NCBI GenBank assembly: GCA_963744305.1
Contig: CAVUTF010000016.1
Location: 77,373 to 141,372 of the forward strand
Direction: 5' to 3'
Length of the DNA stretch: 64,000 bases
Source: an uncultured Gammaproteobacteria bacterium
GTDB lineage: Bacteria; Pseudomonadota; Gammaproteobacteria; Steroidobacterales; Rariloculaceae
The notes beneath the pieces were generated by a model. The model worked only from the letters and a program-made list of their open reading frames with translations. It had not been told where the DNA came from and ran no database searches. Below are positions 51,871 through 60,138 of this stretch, in pieces. Each line of letters begins with the position of its first letter. Positions within the stretch are counted from its first letter, which is position 1. The position numbers and the translations under genes are program-made.

Positions 51871-53142
51871 CCGATCGCCTCCCTTGCCTGTTGCAAAACG
51901 TTGTGCAGCCGCGCCAGGTCTACCGGGCGGCCGGTCGCTAGCCGCTCGTGGCACGTCCTCAGCTCCTCGTACGTGCTTACACCGAGCGCCGGAGTCGCAG
52001 CGAGCTCGGTCCACGGTGGATCGCTTCCCGTGCGGCAAGCCGCGTGCTCGGCGCACCTCATCGAACCATTCCGCCATGAGCATGGACCCCACGGCCAACG
52101 GGTCGAGGCGCCGCGCGAGGAACCCGCCCGCTGCCGCGAGAAAGTCGCCTTGCCGCGGCTCCGTACGTTCGCGCACCGGCGGCGCGAGCCTATTGCTCGA
52201 GCCGAGCAAGTAGACGAGCCACGCCGCGAGCAGGAACAGCCCGGTGTATTGCAAACGCCGATCGCGAAAGAATGCGCCCGCATCATAGAGGCTCGACAAG
52301 CCCTGATGCATGTCATCGAAGATCACGGCGGCGCCGGGAGCCAGATGGTGGCGGATGAGATTGGCGATGAAGTAGCGGGCGTCGCCGCTGCCCACGTTGT
52401 CGTTGGTCAAGAGCGTGCCGCTCGCGCTCAAGATGATCCGGCCGCGGCCGGAGGGCAACTGCCACATCGCATCGATACCTTCCGAGCTCTCCGTGGCTAG
52501 GCGCAGCACGAGCCGATCCGGGTCGTCGCTTTGCACTGTCCACAAATCGCTCACTTCGTCGGAAAAGCCGCGCAGCGTTGCCACGTTCGCCATGAGCGGA
52601 TGAGCCGTCGCGGGTATGAGCTCGAGCGCCGTCTCTGCCGGAATCCTCGGGCGGTTCCGGAACGCTTCCGCGGCCGCGGCATCGCTGTCGTCTTCGGCGT
52701 CCCCGCTGTGCGCCGTGAAGCTCAAGCCGGTGATCGCGCCGAGATCGGGTCGGAAGTTGGCGCCGAACGACGCCCATTCCGGCGTGTCGTCGAGCGCGGC
52801 GACGATCAGCAGCGTGTTGCCTTCGAAGACCCACCGCGCGAGGCTTGCGATCTCGTTGCGCCGCACCGGCGTCGAGCCAGGCAGCGTCATGATCATGATG
52901 TTGCCGGCCGGCGGGAGAGCGCGATCCCGCGCCGCCAAACCGTCGTCGAAGCGCTCTTGCAGGCTGACCGTCGATACGCCCTCGCGCTCGAGCCAGGTGG
53001 CGAGGCCCAGGTAGCCGTTGCGGCCCGGCTCGGTGCTCTGCGGCCGCGTAATCTCCCGCTCCGTTGGGCGCTGCACGAACAGCGCATAGACGAGCGCCAA
53101 GGCGCCAAGTGCGCCGAGCGCGGTGATGACGCGATCTTTCAC
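51867..53142 (-). CDS. DUF4350-family membrane protein (frameshift near 52025)
   Basis: N-terminal TM, S....GY..L..WL, FDDMHQG; true C-terminus in ORF 51867..52316. Confidence 0.7.
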
Positions 53143-54098
53143 GAGTGCACGCCGTCCTCGGCGCTCAAGGCGCGCACGAGCGATTCGCCGCCCACGAGGA
53201 GCTCCGCAAGCTCATGCGTGGCAGGTTGCCAACCGCCGAACGTTGCGCGTTCCGCTGCGCCTACAACAGCGGCGAACGCGACGCGCTGCTCGGCACCCAA
53301 GTCCGCCCTCGTGAGCAGCTCGCGGTGCGTCGCGCTCTGTGGGATCGGCCCTCTGCGCCGCAGGCGGTCGAGCACGAGCGCGAGCAGCAGCACCGGCTGG
53401 CGAGCGAGCGGTGCGCGTCGCACATCTTCGATCGTTCGCAAGCGTGGGAGCTCCGCGCCGAACGCTGCGCCGTCATCGGCGGCCGTGGGGGGTGCGGCCC
53501 GGCGACCGATGATGCCCGTTGCGCGCAGCTCGTTGATCGCGATCAGTGCCGTTGCGATCAGCAGCGTGATGCCGAGCAGGATCAACGCGATCGTGAGCCA
53601 GCGCTCCGAGACGGAGAAACCGTCGAGCCATCGTCCGAGCCAGCGTTCGAACCAGCCCGCGTCCTCATCAGGCGCTCTACCGAGACGCTCTTGTAACCAT
53701 TGCATCGCCCGCTCCCAGAGCGAAAGCTCGAGCGGGGGCACGAGGGTAGCCGTTTGCGCGAGCGCCGCGTCGAGCGTGTCAGCCGAGATATCGATTGCCG
53801 CGCGAGTGGCCTCGTATTCCTCGACGACTTCGGTCAGCGTGACGAAGGCGCTGCCGCTCAAATCCTCGGCCCAAATATCTGCGATGGCTTCGCCCCAGAT
53901 GCCGTCGTTGATGCCGTCGACGATCTCCGGACACACCTCGCCGAGCAGCGGCGGCTCCGCGCTGTTGTCGCCTGCAAGGCGTCGTTGCTCGATGCGATCC
54001 AGGCACTCGGCAGTGCCTTCCGGCAAGGACTGCGTGCGCGCCGCCCCGGCAGCAACGCACGCGAGGGCACAAGCCGCGACCCGCAGCCGGAACGTCAC
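53139..54098 (-). CDS. DUF4129-family membrane protein
   Basis: TM segment then SATHRELL and AERATFGG; position in the MoxR module. Confidence 0.65.
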   Translation of the reverse strand: MTFRLRVAACALACVAAGAARTQSLPEGTAECLDRIEQRRLAGDNSAEPPLLGEVCPEIVDGINDGIWGEAIADIWAEDLSGSAFVTLTEVVEEYEATRAAIDISADTLDAALAQTATLVPPLELSLWERAMQWLQERLGRAPDEDAGWFERWLGRWLDGFSVSERWLTIALILLGITLLIATALIAINELRATGIIGRRAAPPTAADDGAAFGAELPRLRTIEDVRRAPLARQPVLLLALVLDRLRRRGPIPQSATHRELLTRADLGAEQRVAFAAVVGAAERATFGGWQPATHELAELLVGGESLVRALSAEDGVHS

Positions 54099-54865
54099 GT
54101 GACGGCAGCGATGCGCTCGGCGAGGTCGCCGCCTTCGTGCCGAACCTTGAGATCGAAATACGCTGCAAACATCAAAGAGTACAGAAGAGGCGTAACGACT
54201 CCGGCCATCAGGGGCGCGAGCACGAAGTCGATGTACCATGGCGCGGCGCCGGTCTCGAGCGTGTCGGGATTCGTGGCCACGGCGATCCCCACAATGATGC
54301 CGAGAATGACGTACAGCACGAGGACGATGATGGTTGCGATGGTCAACAGTGCTGCCGTGCGCCACCAGTGACCGCGCACGAGTCCGCGGCTATAGCTCAG
54401 GCTTGCGATCGGTCCCAACCGCTCCGTGACGACACCGTACAGAGCGAAGACGAGCGACACCATGAAGATCAGCCCGGGGATGATCAATAGCACCAACCCG
54501 ACGGCGACAATCAGCCCGTAGCAAAAACCGGCGCCGAAAAGTGCCGGCGCGCGACGGACGCCGATCGCCAATGCGGCGCCTATCGACAGGTCGCTGCCGT
54601 GAGCGATCGCGTCGATGCGCGCGATTACCGCGCCCATCACGGTGAGCGTCAGTGCGATCAGAACGAGCGCGCCGAGCACGATCGCGATCACCAGGCCTGT
54701 GTCGGGATCCGGAACAAGCCCTTGCGCTGCTATGTTCAAGGGCGCCGACAAGAGCGTGCCAACAGCCGCCAGCACGAAAGTGCGTGACAGTGAAACCCGA
54801 AACAATTGGAAGCCGCTATCCAGTACGCCACCGATGGATTGCGGTGCCGTGGCAAGTGTGTACAT
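54095..54865 (-). CDS. Integral membrane protein (GDPD membrane-anchor-like) of the MoxR module
   Basis: SIGGVLD.GF, LLIIPGL, SL.YS..LVRGHWWR, YFDLKVRHEG. Confidence 0.7.
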   Translation of the reverse strand: MYTLATAPQSIGGVLDSGFQLFRVSLSRTFVLAAVGTLLSAPLNIAAQGLVPDPDTGLVIAIVLGALVLIALTLTVMGAVIARIDAIAHGSDLSIGAALAIGVRRAPALFGAGFCYGLIVAVGLVLLIIPGLIFMVSLVFALYGVVTERLGPIASLSYSRGLVRGHWWRTAALLTIATIIVLVLYVILGIIVGIAVATNPDTLETGAAPWYIDFVLAPLMAGVVTPLLYSLMFAAYFDLKVRHEGGDLAERIAAVT

Positions 54866-54972
54866 GACGATCTCCCCTGTAAGCCCCCGATCATCGTCGA
54901 TCGGCAATCTTCCAGGTTCCGATATCAAGCGCAAGTCGATTAGGTCATGTTTCGCGCGAGTATGCTGGACAG

Positions 54973-55374
54973 TCAGGTGCAGCCCATCACCTGCTGCAGC
55001 CGAGCCGAGTCCAAATACTGGTGGAAGCTCGCGATCTTGTCCCCAGTGAACCGCCAGACGTGACATACCTGAACGTCCATCTCGTTGCCGGTCGGTTTGT
55101 ACGTCCCGCGGTAGCGGGCCTCTACGACGACCGCGTCCGATGTCTCTAGCAGCGCCTCTATCGCTATCGACCACTCCAGCCACTCGGGCCCCGCAACCGC
55201 GAAGAAGTTTTCCATGATCGGCTCCTTGCCGATCCACGCGCGGCCCGAGGGTTGATAGGGATGCCCCTCTGCGAGGCGAAACTCGATCGCGGGATCGAAT
55301 CGGGCGAGGATGCCCGCGACGTCGCCCTGCATGAACTTCTCGTAGACCGTTTTCACAATTTCTGCATTCTTCAT
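54973..55374 (-). CDS. SnoaL/NTF2-like protein
   Basis: YEKFMQGD, CHVWRF...IASFHQYLD. Confidence 0.82.
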   Translation of the reverse strand: MKNAEIVKTVYEKFMQGDVAGILARFDPAIEFRLAEGHPYQPSGRAWIGKEPIMENFFAVAGPEWLEWSIAIEALLETSDAVVVEARYRGTYKPTGNEMDVQVCHVWRFTGDKIASFHQYLDSARLQQVMGCT

Positions 55375-55465
55375 TGCGTTTTTCCTCCGGCTGACCGTAT
55401 TGCGGCGAAATCCGTTTGCCGTCATCTTTCTATAGGGAATGTAGCGGGCGTGGCCGGAGCGGGTC

Positions 55466-56374
55466 TTGGCAAAAATTGCGGCGGAGTTGAGCTCGATGTT
55501 GGCGAAGCGCGCCATGCATGGCGCGCCAGCCGAGCTTTCGTCTCGTTTGGTCGCAGGAGGCGAGGGCTGGCTCGTCGAGGACGTTCTTTGCACATCCGGG
55601 CCGTCTGATCCTTCCTTCGAAGAACGTCACTCGTTTTTCCGAGCCGCAATTGTAGGAGCCGGCGCGTTTCAGTGCCGTTCGACGGCCGGCTTGGAGCTGC
55701 TTTCGCCGGGTTCCGTGCTGCTGGGCAATGCCGGTGAATGTTTCGAATGCGCCCATGAGCATGGCACCGGCGACCGGTGCGTCGCATTCAGTTATTCCGC
55801 CCCGTACTTCGAGCGGTTGGCCGTCGATGCCGGAATCTCCGGTCGCCTGCGTTTCGACGCGCTGCGCTTGCCGCCCGTGCGCGAGGTGGCGCCGCTGGCA
55901 GCCCAGGCTTGCGCGGCATTGCTGCAAGCGCCGACCGCACCGGGCGTTGCTTGGGAGCAGCTCGGAGTCGAGCTCGCGGCGACCGCGATCCGGCTCGCGC
56001 GAGGCGTTGTGCGCGGCCGGCGACCGCCACGCAATGCGGAAGGGCGCGTGATGCGCACGGTTCGGCTGATCGATCACGATCCAGCCGCCGAGCTCGCGCT
56101 CGACGAGCTCGCGCGCAAGGCGGCGTTGAGCCCGTACCACTTTCTGCGAACGTTCGAACGCCTCACCGGGGTCACGCCGCATCAATACGTGCTGCGCGCT
56201 CGCTTGCGCTTGGCGGCGACGAGGGTGGCCGTGGAGTGCGGCAAGATTCTCGACATCGCGCTCGAGTGCGGCTTTTGCGACGCATCGAACTTCAATCGGG
56301 CCTTCAAGGCGGAATTCGGGCTGAGCCCGCGCGCTCACCGCGCTCGCTACGGTCGTACGCGGCGGTTCAGGTAG
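55466..56374 (+). CDS. AraC family transcriptional regulator
   Basis: LSPYHFLRTF...GVTPHQY, CGF.DASNFNRAFKAEFGLSP. Confidence 0.92.
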   Translation: MAKIAAELSSMLAKRAMHGAPAELSSRLVAGGEGWLVEDVLCTSGPSDPSFEERHSFFRAAIVGAGAFQCRSTAGLELLSPGSVLLGNAGECFECAHEHGTGDRCVAFSYSAPYFERLAVDAGISGRLRFDALRLPPVREVAPLAAQACAALLQAPTAPGVAWEQLGVELAATAIRLARGVVRGRRPPRNAEGRVMRTVRLIDHDPAAELALDELARKAALSPYHFLRTFERLTGVTPHQYVLRARLRLAATRVAVECGKILDIALECGFCDASNFNRAFKAEFGLSPRAHRARYGRTRRFR

Positions 56375-56408
56375 TATTGACTCGACCCTCAGGGGCGAGT
56401 GGACGAAA

Positions 56409-56531
56409 ATGAAAAGATTGGTCGCAGCTTGCATCGGCGGCACGATCACGTCGGCCGATCCGGAAATCTACTGCGCGCTGGCGAACTCCGGGTTCGACTA
56501 CCTCTGGCCGATCGAGGCCGCGGAGCGTTAA
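56409..56531 (+). pseudogene. Short remnant resembling the N-terminus of an HpcH/HpaI aldolase-family gene
   Basis: 40-aa ORF MKRLVAACIGGTITSADPEIYCALANSGFDYLWPIEAAER; the A..GFDYLW segment resembles HpcH. Confidence 0.4.
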
Positions 56532-56535
56532 CGAA

Positions 56536-56907
56536 ATGGATCCGTCCGTCAACGTTTTCGGCGAGGCGCTCCAAGGCTGCAACGATCGACCGAGAACGGG
56601 TTTCTTTCGCGATGGTTGCTGCAATACCGGCGAGCAGGACGTGGGCTCGCACACGGTCTGCGTCGAGGTCACGAAAGAGTTCTTGGAGTTTTCGCGTTTC
56701 CGCGGGAACGATCTCTCCACGCCTCACCCGGAGTTTGATTTCCCGGGGCTGCAGCCAGGGGATCGCTGGTGCCTGTGCGCCGCGCGTTGGCTCGAGGCTC
56801 AGCAGCAGGGCATGGCGCCGCGCGTTGTCTTGAAGGGCACGCATCAGCGCGCGCTCGAGATCGTGCCGCTGCAGCTGCTGAAGCAGTTTGCCGTCGATTT
56901 GAACTGA
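56536..56907 (+). CDS. DUF2237 family protein
   Basis: TGFFRDGCC, GNDLSTP.PEF.FPGL.PGDRWCLCA.RW. Confidence 0.9.
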   Translation: MDPSVNVFGEALQGCNDRPRTGFFRDGCCNTGEQDVGSHTVCVEVTKEFLEFSRFRGNDLSTPHPEFDFPGLQPGDRWCLCAARWLEAQQQGMAPRVVLKGTHQRALEIVPLQLLKQFAVDLN

Positions 56908-56926
56908 ACGGCCGGGGCCCCGGCGG

Positions 56927-56996
56927 CACGCAGTACATCGTGCTCGCAGTCGGCAGGGAAACACCCGCGGAGCTCATTGCGCTCGCTTTGCCGTAG
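56927..56996 (+). pseudogene. 3' tip of a PQQ glucose/quinate dehydrogenase gene
   Basis: QYIVLAVGRETPAELIALALP*, matching 59493..59556. Confidence 0.65.
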
Positions 56997-57046
56997 CTGT
57001 TGACGCACGACCGTTAACAATCTGAGACATCTCTCCCACGACCGAT

Positions 57047-57118
57047 ACGAGAGAAACACGAGCGCAAGACGAGTGCTCGCTTTTTTTCATTGACCACTCA
57101 TCCGCACACGCTGATACT
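57047..57118 (+). promoter_or_regulatory. Three ACGAG repeats at 11-bp period plus sigma70-like promoter TTGACC-N17-GATACT
   Basis: ACGAG at 57047, 57058, 57069; -35 at 57090, -10 at 57113; conserved in the second copy. Confidence 0.65.
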
Positions 57119-57124
57119 CGCTCC

Positions 57125-57324
57125 TGCATCGTCAGTCCGTGCGTCAGAGACCAAGGATCGGATCGACGCACCTCAGAGGACCTCCAAGTCCTCCGATGGT
57201 TGGGCGGGGGTTGGCGAGCTTCTGCGGCGGCACGTGATAGCGGTCAGTTTTGCGCTGACCGTAAGGAGGACTCTATCGCACGCGCGAACTCCGATACGAA
57301 ACTCAACAATCGAGGAGAGCGAAC
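57125..57324 (+). ncRNA. Candidate structured 5' leader RNA, copy A
   Basis: Several stems conserved with 59817..60027, including pairing-preserving changes; not recognised as a known family. Confidence 0.55.
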
Positions 57325-58599
57325 GTGACAAGATCAACAGTTCTTACGAGCCTTGCCGCCTGCACTATCCTGGGCTGGGCGGCGTCCGTCGAAGCAAACG
57401 TCGTCGCCGAGTGGAACGCGCTGGCGGTGCAATGCACGGGTGCGCATCGAGGCGCTCCGGGGCAAGTGCTCGACATCGCCATCGCGCAAGCAGCCGTGCA
57501 CAACGCCGTGCAAGCGATCGAGGGGCGCTACGAGCCCTACCTGGCCGGCGTTTCGGCGACGGGTGGCGAGTCGAGGGCTGCCGCCGCCGCGGCGGCGGCC
57601 TACAACGTGCTCGCAACGGTCTGCCCCAACTCGGTGGCGACGCTGCTCGCCCCCGCGTTCAAACCTTATCTCGACGGCAACGATCCGGGGCTCGCGGTGG
57701 GCGCCGCCGCCGCCACGCAGCTGCTCGCGAAGGTCCGTCCGGCGCCGGCAATGACGTTCATCGGCGGGACCGGCGCGGGTGAATGGCAACCACAACCGCC
57801 CGCAACGAATATGGCATTCGTGTACCTGGCCACGACCGAGCCTTTCACGATGACATCGCCCACGCAATTTCTTCCAGGGCCTCCGCCAGCGATGACCAGC
57901 GAGAGGTACCTGCGCGATTACAACGAAGTCAAGGAGCACGGGAACATCGAAAGCCACCCTCCGGCCCCTGCGTGTCCCGCACCGCGGGAGACCGATATGG
58001 CTCGCTTCTGGGGGGGCAACTTAATCTTGCAATGGAACGACACTGTTCGGAACATCGCGGTAGACCGGCAGCTCTCGATCGGAGAGACGGCGCGGCTGTT
58101 GGCGCTCGCGACATTTGCAGGGGCCGACGCGCTCATAGCCGTTTGGGACAGCAAGATCCACTACAATTTTTGGCGGCCGATCGCCGCCATTCGCCGCGCC
58201 GACGAGGATCCTAACGCCGAAACCGAGCGAGACGTCGACTGGATACCATTCATCCAGGGGCCGCATTTCCCCCCGGGGTCGCAGACGCCTGCCTATCCCG
58301 ACTATGTCTCAGGCGCAAACGGCGTGACCGGAGCGTACGTGACGATCCTGCAGATGTACTTCCGCACGAATGCGTTCAGGTTCGAGATCTACAAAGGGAC
58401 TGCACCTTCGGTCGCGATTTGCACTAACCCACGCACATTCCGCCGCTTCTCGGATGCCGCACAAGAGGTCGTAGACGCTCGGATCTTGCTGGGCATTCAC
58501 TTCCGCTTCGCGGACACCGAGGCGCGCAGGTTGGGTGCCCGCGTGGGTTTCTGGACGTTCACGAACGCACTGCGGCCGGTTGGCCACGGCGGCGAGTAG
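57325..58599 (+). CDS. Exported vanadium-dependent haloperoxidase / PAP2-superfamily protein 1
   Basis: KIHYNFWRP, TPAYPDYVSGAN, ARILLGIHFR. Confidence 0.85.
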   Translation: MTRSTVLTSLAACTILGWAASVEANVVAEWNALAVQCTGAHRGAPGQVLDIAIAQAAVHNAVQAIEGRYEPYLAGVSATGGESRAAAAAAAAYNVLATVCPNSVATLLAPAFKPYLDGNDPGLAVGAAAATQLLAKVRPAPAMTFIGGTGAGEWQPQPPATNMAFVYLATTEPFTMTSPTQFLPGPPPAMTSERYLRDYNEVKEHGNIESHPPAPACPAPRETDMARFWGGNLILQWNDTVRNIAVDRQLSIGETARLLALATFAGADALIAVWDSKIHYNFWRPIAAIRRADEDPNAETERDVDWIPFIQGPHFPPGSQTPAYPDYVSGANGVTGAYVTILQMYFRTNAFRFEIYKGTAPSVAICTNPRTFRRFSDAAQEVVDARILLGIHFRFADTEARRLGARVGFWTFTNALRPVGHGGE

Positions 58600-58616
58600 G
58601 ACTATTGAAACCAAAC

Positions 58617-58644
58617 GGGCAGGCGGTTCGCCTGCCCCTTTCTT
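58617..58644 (+). terminator. Intrinsic terminator-like hairpin
   Basis: gggcaggcg-gtt-cgcctgccc followed by ctttctt; paralogous hairpin at 61775..61797. Confidence 0.65.
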
Positions 58645-58651
58645 ACCCCCA

Positions 58652-58739
58652 TCAATTCTGGTATCCGGGCTTGCAATTGTAGGGCTCCGGATCCCAGGGG
58701 CTGCGGACGAACAGCTCTTTCTGGGTGAAGGGTTCCTTT
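58652..58739 (-). pseudogene. 3' tip of a DUF6152-fusion gene (copy of the end of 61861..62847)
   Basis: Encodes FTQKELFVRSPWDPEPYNCKPGYQN*, identical in protein to the intact gene. Confidence 0.8.
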
Positions 58740-58740
58740 C

Positions 58741-59556
58741 ATTCACCACGACATCTGGGATTGGGATAACCCGACCTCGCCGATCCTGCTCGACGTCGTC
58801 GTCGACGGCCGGCCGGTCGGTGCCGGCGTCCGACGTGCCGTTCGAGTGGACGTCGCCCACTCAGCCGTTTCCGACGAAGCCGGCCGCCTACGATCGCCAA
58901 GGCGTCCTCGAGAGCGGCTTGATCGACTTCACTCCGGCGCTCAAGGCCGCCGCGCTGGAGTCCGTGAAGGGTTTGCGGATGGGCCGATGTTCACGCCGTC
59001 GTCGCTGCTCGAATCGCCGGACGGCGCCCTGGGCACGCTCGTGCTGCCGCACTACGGGGGCGGGGCGAACTGGGAGGGCGGGGCGGCGGATCCGGAAACC
59101 GCCATGCTGTAGCAGGCGACCGCTCGGATGTTCGCTATCTGTTCGTCAACGGCAAAGCTCCGAAGCCGATAGGCCTGCCGCTCGTGAAGCCGCCATGGGG
59201 ACGGATCACCGCGATCAACATGCACACCGGCCAGCATGCGCGGATGGTCGCGAACGGCGAGACGCCCTACGCGTGAAGAATCACCCGGCGTTAAAGGCTG
59301 GAACATTCCGCGCACGGGCAAGCCAAGCCGTGCATTGCTCCTGGTGACCAAGACGCTGCTGATCGCCGGCGAAGGCTACGGCGGCGCGCCGATGCTACGC
59401 GCGCACGACAAGGCAACGGGCGAGATCATCGCCGAGATTCCATTGCCGGGCGGCCGCGAGCGGCAAGCCGATGACCGCTCGTGGCGGGCGGCAAGCAATA
59501 CATCGTGCTCGCAGTCGGCCGGGAGACGGGAGCTCGTGGCGTTGGCCTTGCCATGA
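58741..59556 (+). pseudogene. Truncated, internally deleted PQQ glucose/quinate-type dehydrogenase
   Basis: [46 protein letters not shown]; N-terminal half absent, in-frame stop and gaps. Confidence 0.8.
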
Positions 59557-59729
59557 TCACGAGTCGCCAACGCGGTGTGCGATTCTTGATAATCCGCTTC
59601 ACCTGCATCGTGCATGTCGTTGGGGCGACGCAGTCGCTGCAATCTCTTCGCGTGCACTCGTGATCGTACTCGTTAGCATCACCGCTATCAGGCGGCATCA
59701 CACGAGCTGAAACATTCTCTCTGAGCGAC

Positions 59730-59812
59730 ACGAGAGAAACACGAGCGTAAGACGAGCGTAAGGTGAGCGCTCGACATTTTTCATAGACCGCTCATCCGCA
59801 TGCGCGGATACT
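59730..59812 (+). promoter_or_regulatory. Four 11-bp-period repeats plus TAGACC-N17-GATACT promoter, copy B
   Basis: ACGAG at 59730, 59741, 59752 and GTGAG at 59763; -35 at 59784, -10 at 59807. Confidence 0.6.
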
Positions 59813-59816
59813 CGCG

Positions 59817-60027
59817 TGCATCGTCAGTCCGTGCGTCAGAGAGAAGGAATCGTCTCGACGCGCCTCAGAGGACCTCCAAGTCCTCCGATGGTTGGGCGGA
59901 GGGCTGGCGAGCTTCTGCGGCCGCAAGTGATAACGGTCGGCGCGGCATGTGAGCCCGGCCGTAGGGAGAATCCAGCTATCGCACGCGCGAACTCCGATAC
60001 GAAACTCAACAATCGAGGAGAGCGAAC
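59817..60027 (+). ncRNA. Candidate structured 5' leader RNA, copy B
   Basis: Paralog of 57125..57324 with the same stems. Confidence 0.55.
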
Positions 60028-60138
60028 GTGACAAGATCAAGAGTTCTTACCAGCCTTGCCGCTTGCACCGTATTGGGCTCGGCGGCATCCGTCCTCGTTC
60101 CCCCCAATAACGAAAAATCTGGTTGGAGGCACCAATGA
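60028..60138 (+). other. Vestigial signal-peptide ORF of haloperoxidase 1; its stop overlaps the haloperoxidase 2 start (ATGA)
   Basis: MTRSRVLTSLAACTVLGSAASVLVPPNNEKSGWRHQ* versus MTRSTVLTSLAACTILGWAASV. Confidence 0.65.

Noticed and set aside
50917-53142. Apparent 741-aa DUF4350-MoxR fusion
   Set aside because: A frameshift near 52025 joins two genes; the DUF4350 C-terminus is in another frame ending at 51867, and MoxR has its own RBS and ATG at 51870.
47866-54865. RDD-SpoIIM-DUF58-MoxR-DUF4350-DUF4129 cluster as a new system
   Set aside because: This is a widespread, already recognised gene neighbourhood; only the convergent layout is slightly unusual.
57150-57225. Partial resemblance of the leader to an HDV-like ribozyme (CAGAGG/CTTCTG, GAC/GTC, GGCGAG)
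   Set aside because: The L3 loop is short, there is no convincing P4, and the P1 candidate is not kept in copy B; not supportable without a covariance-model search.
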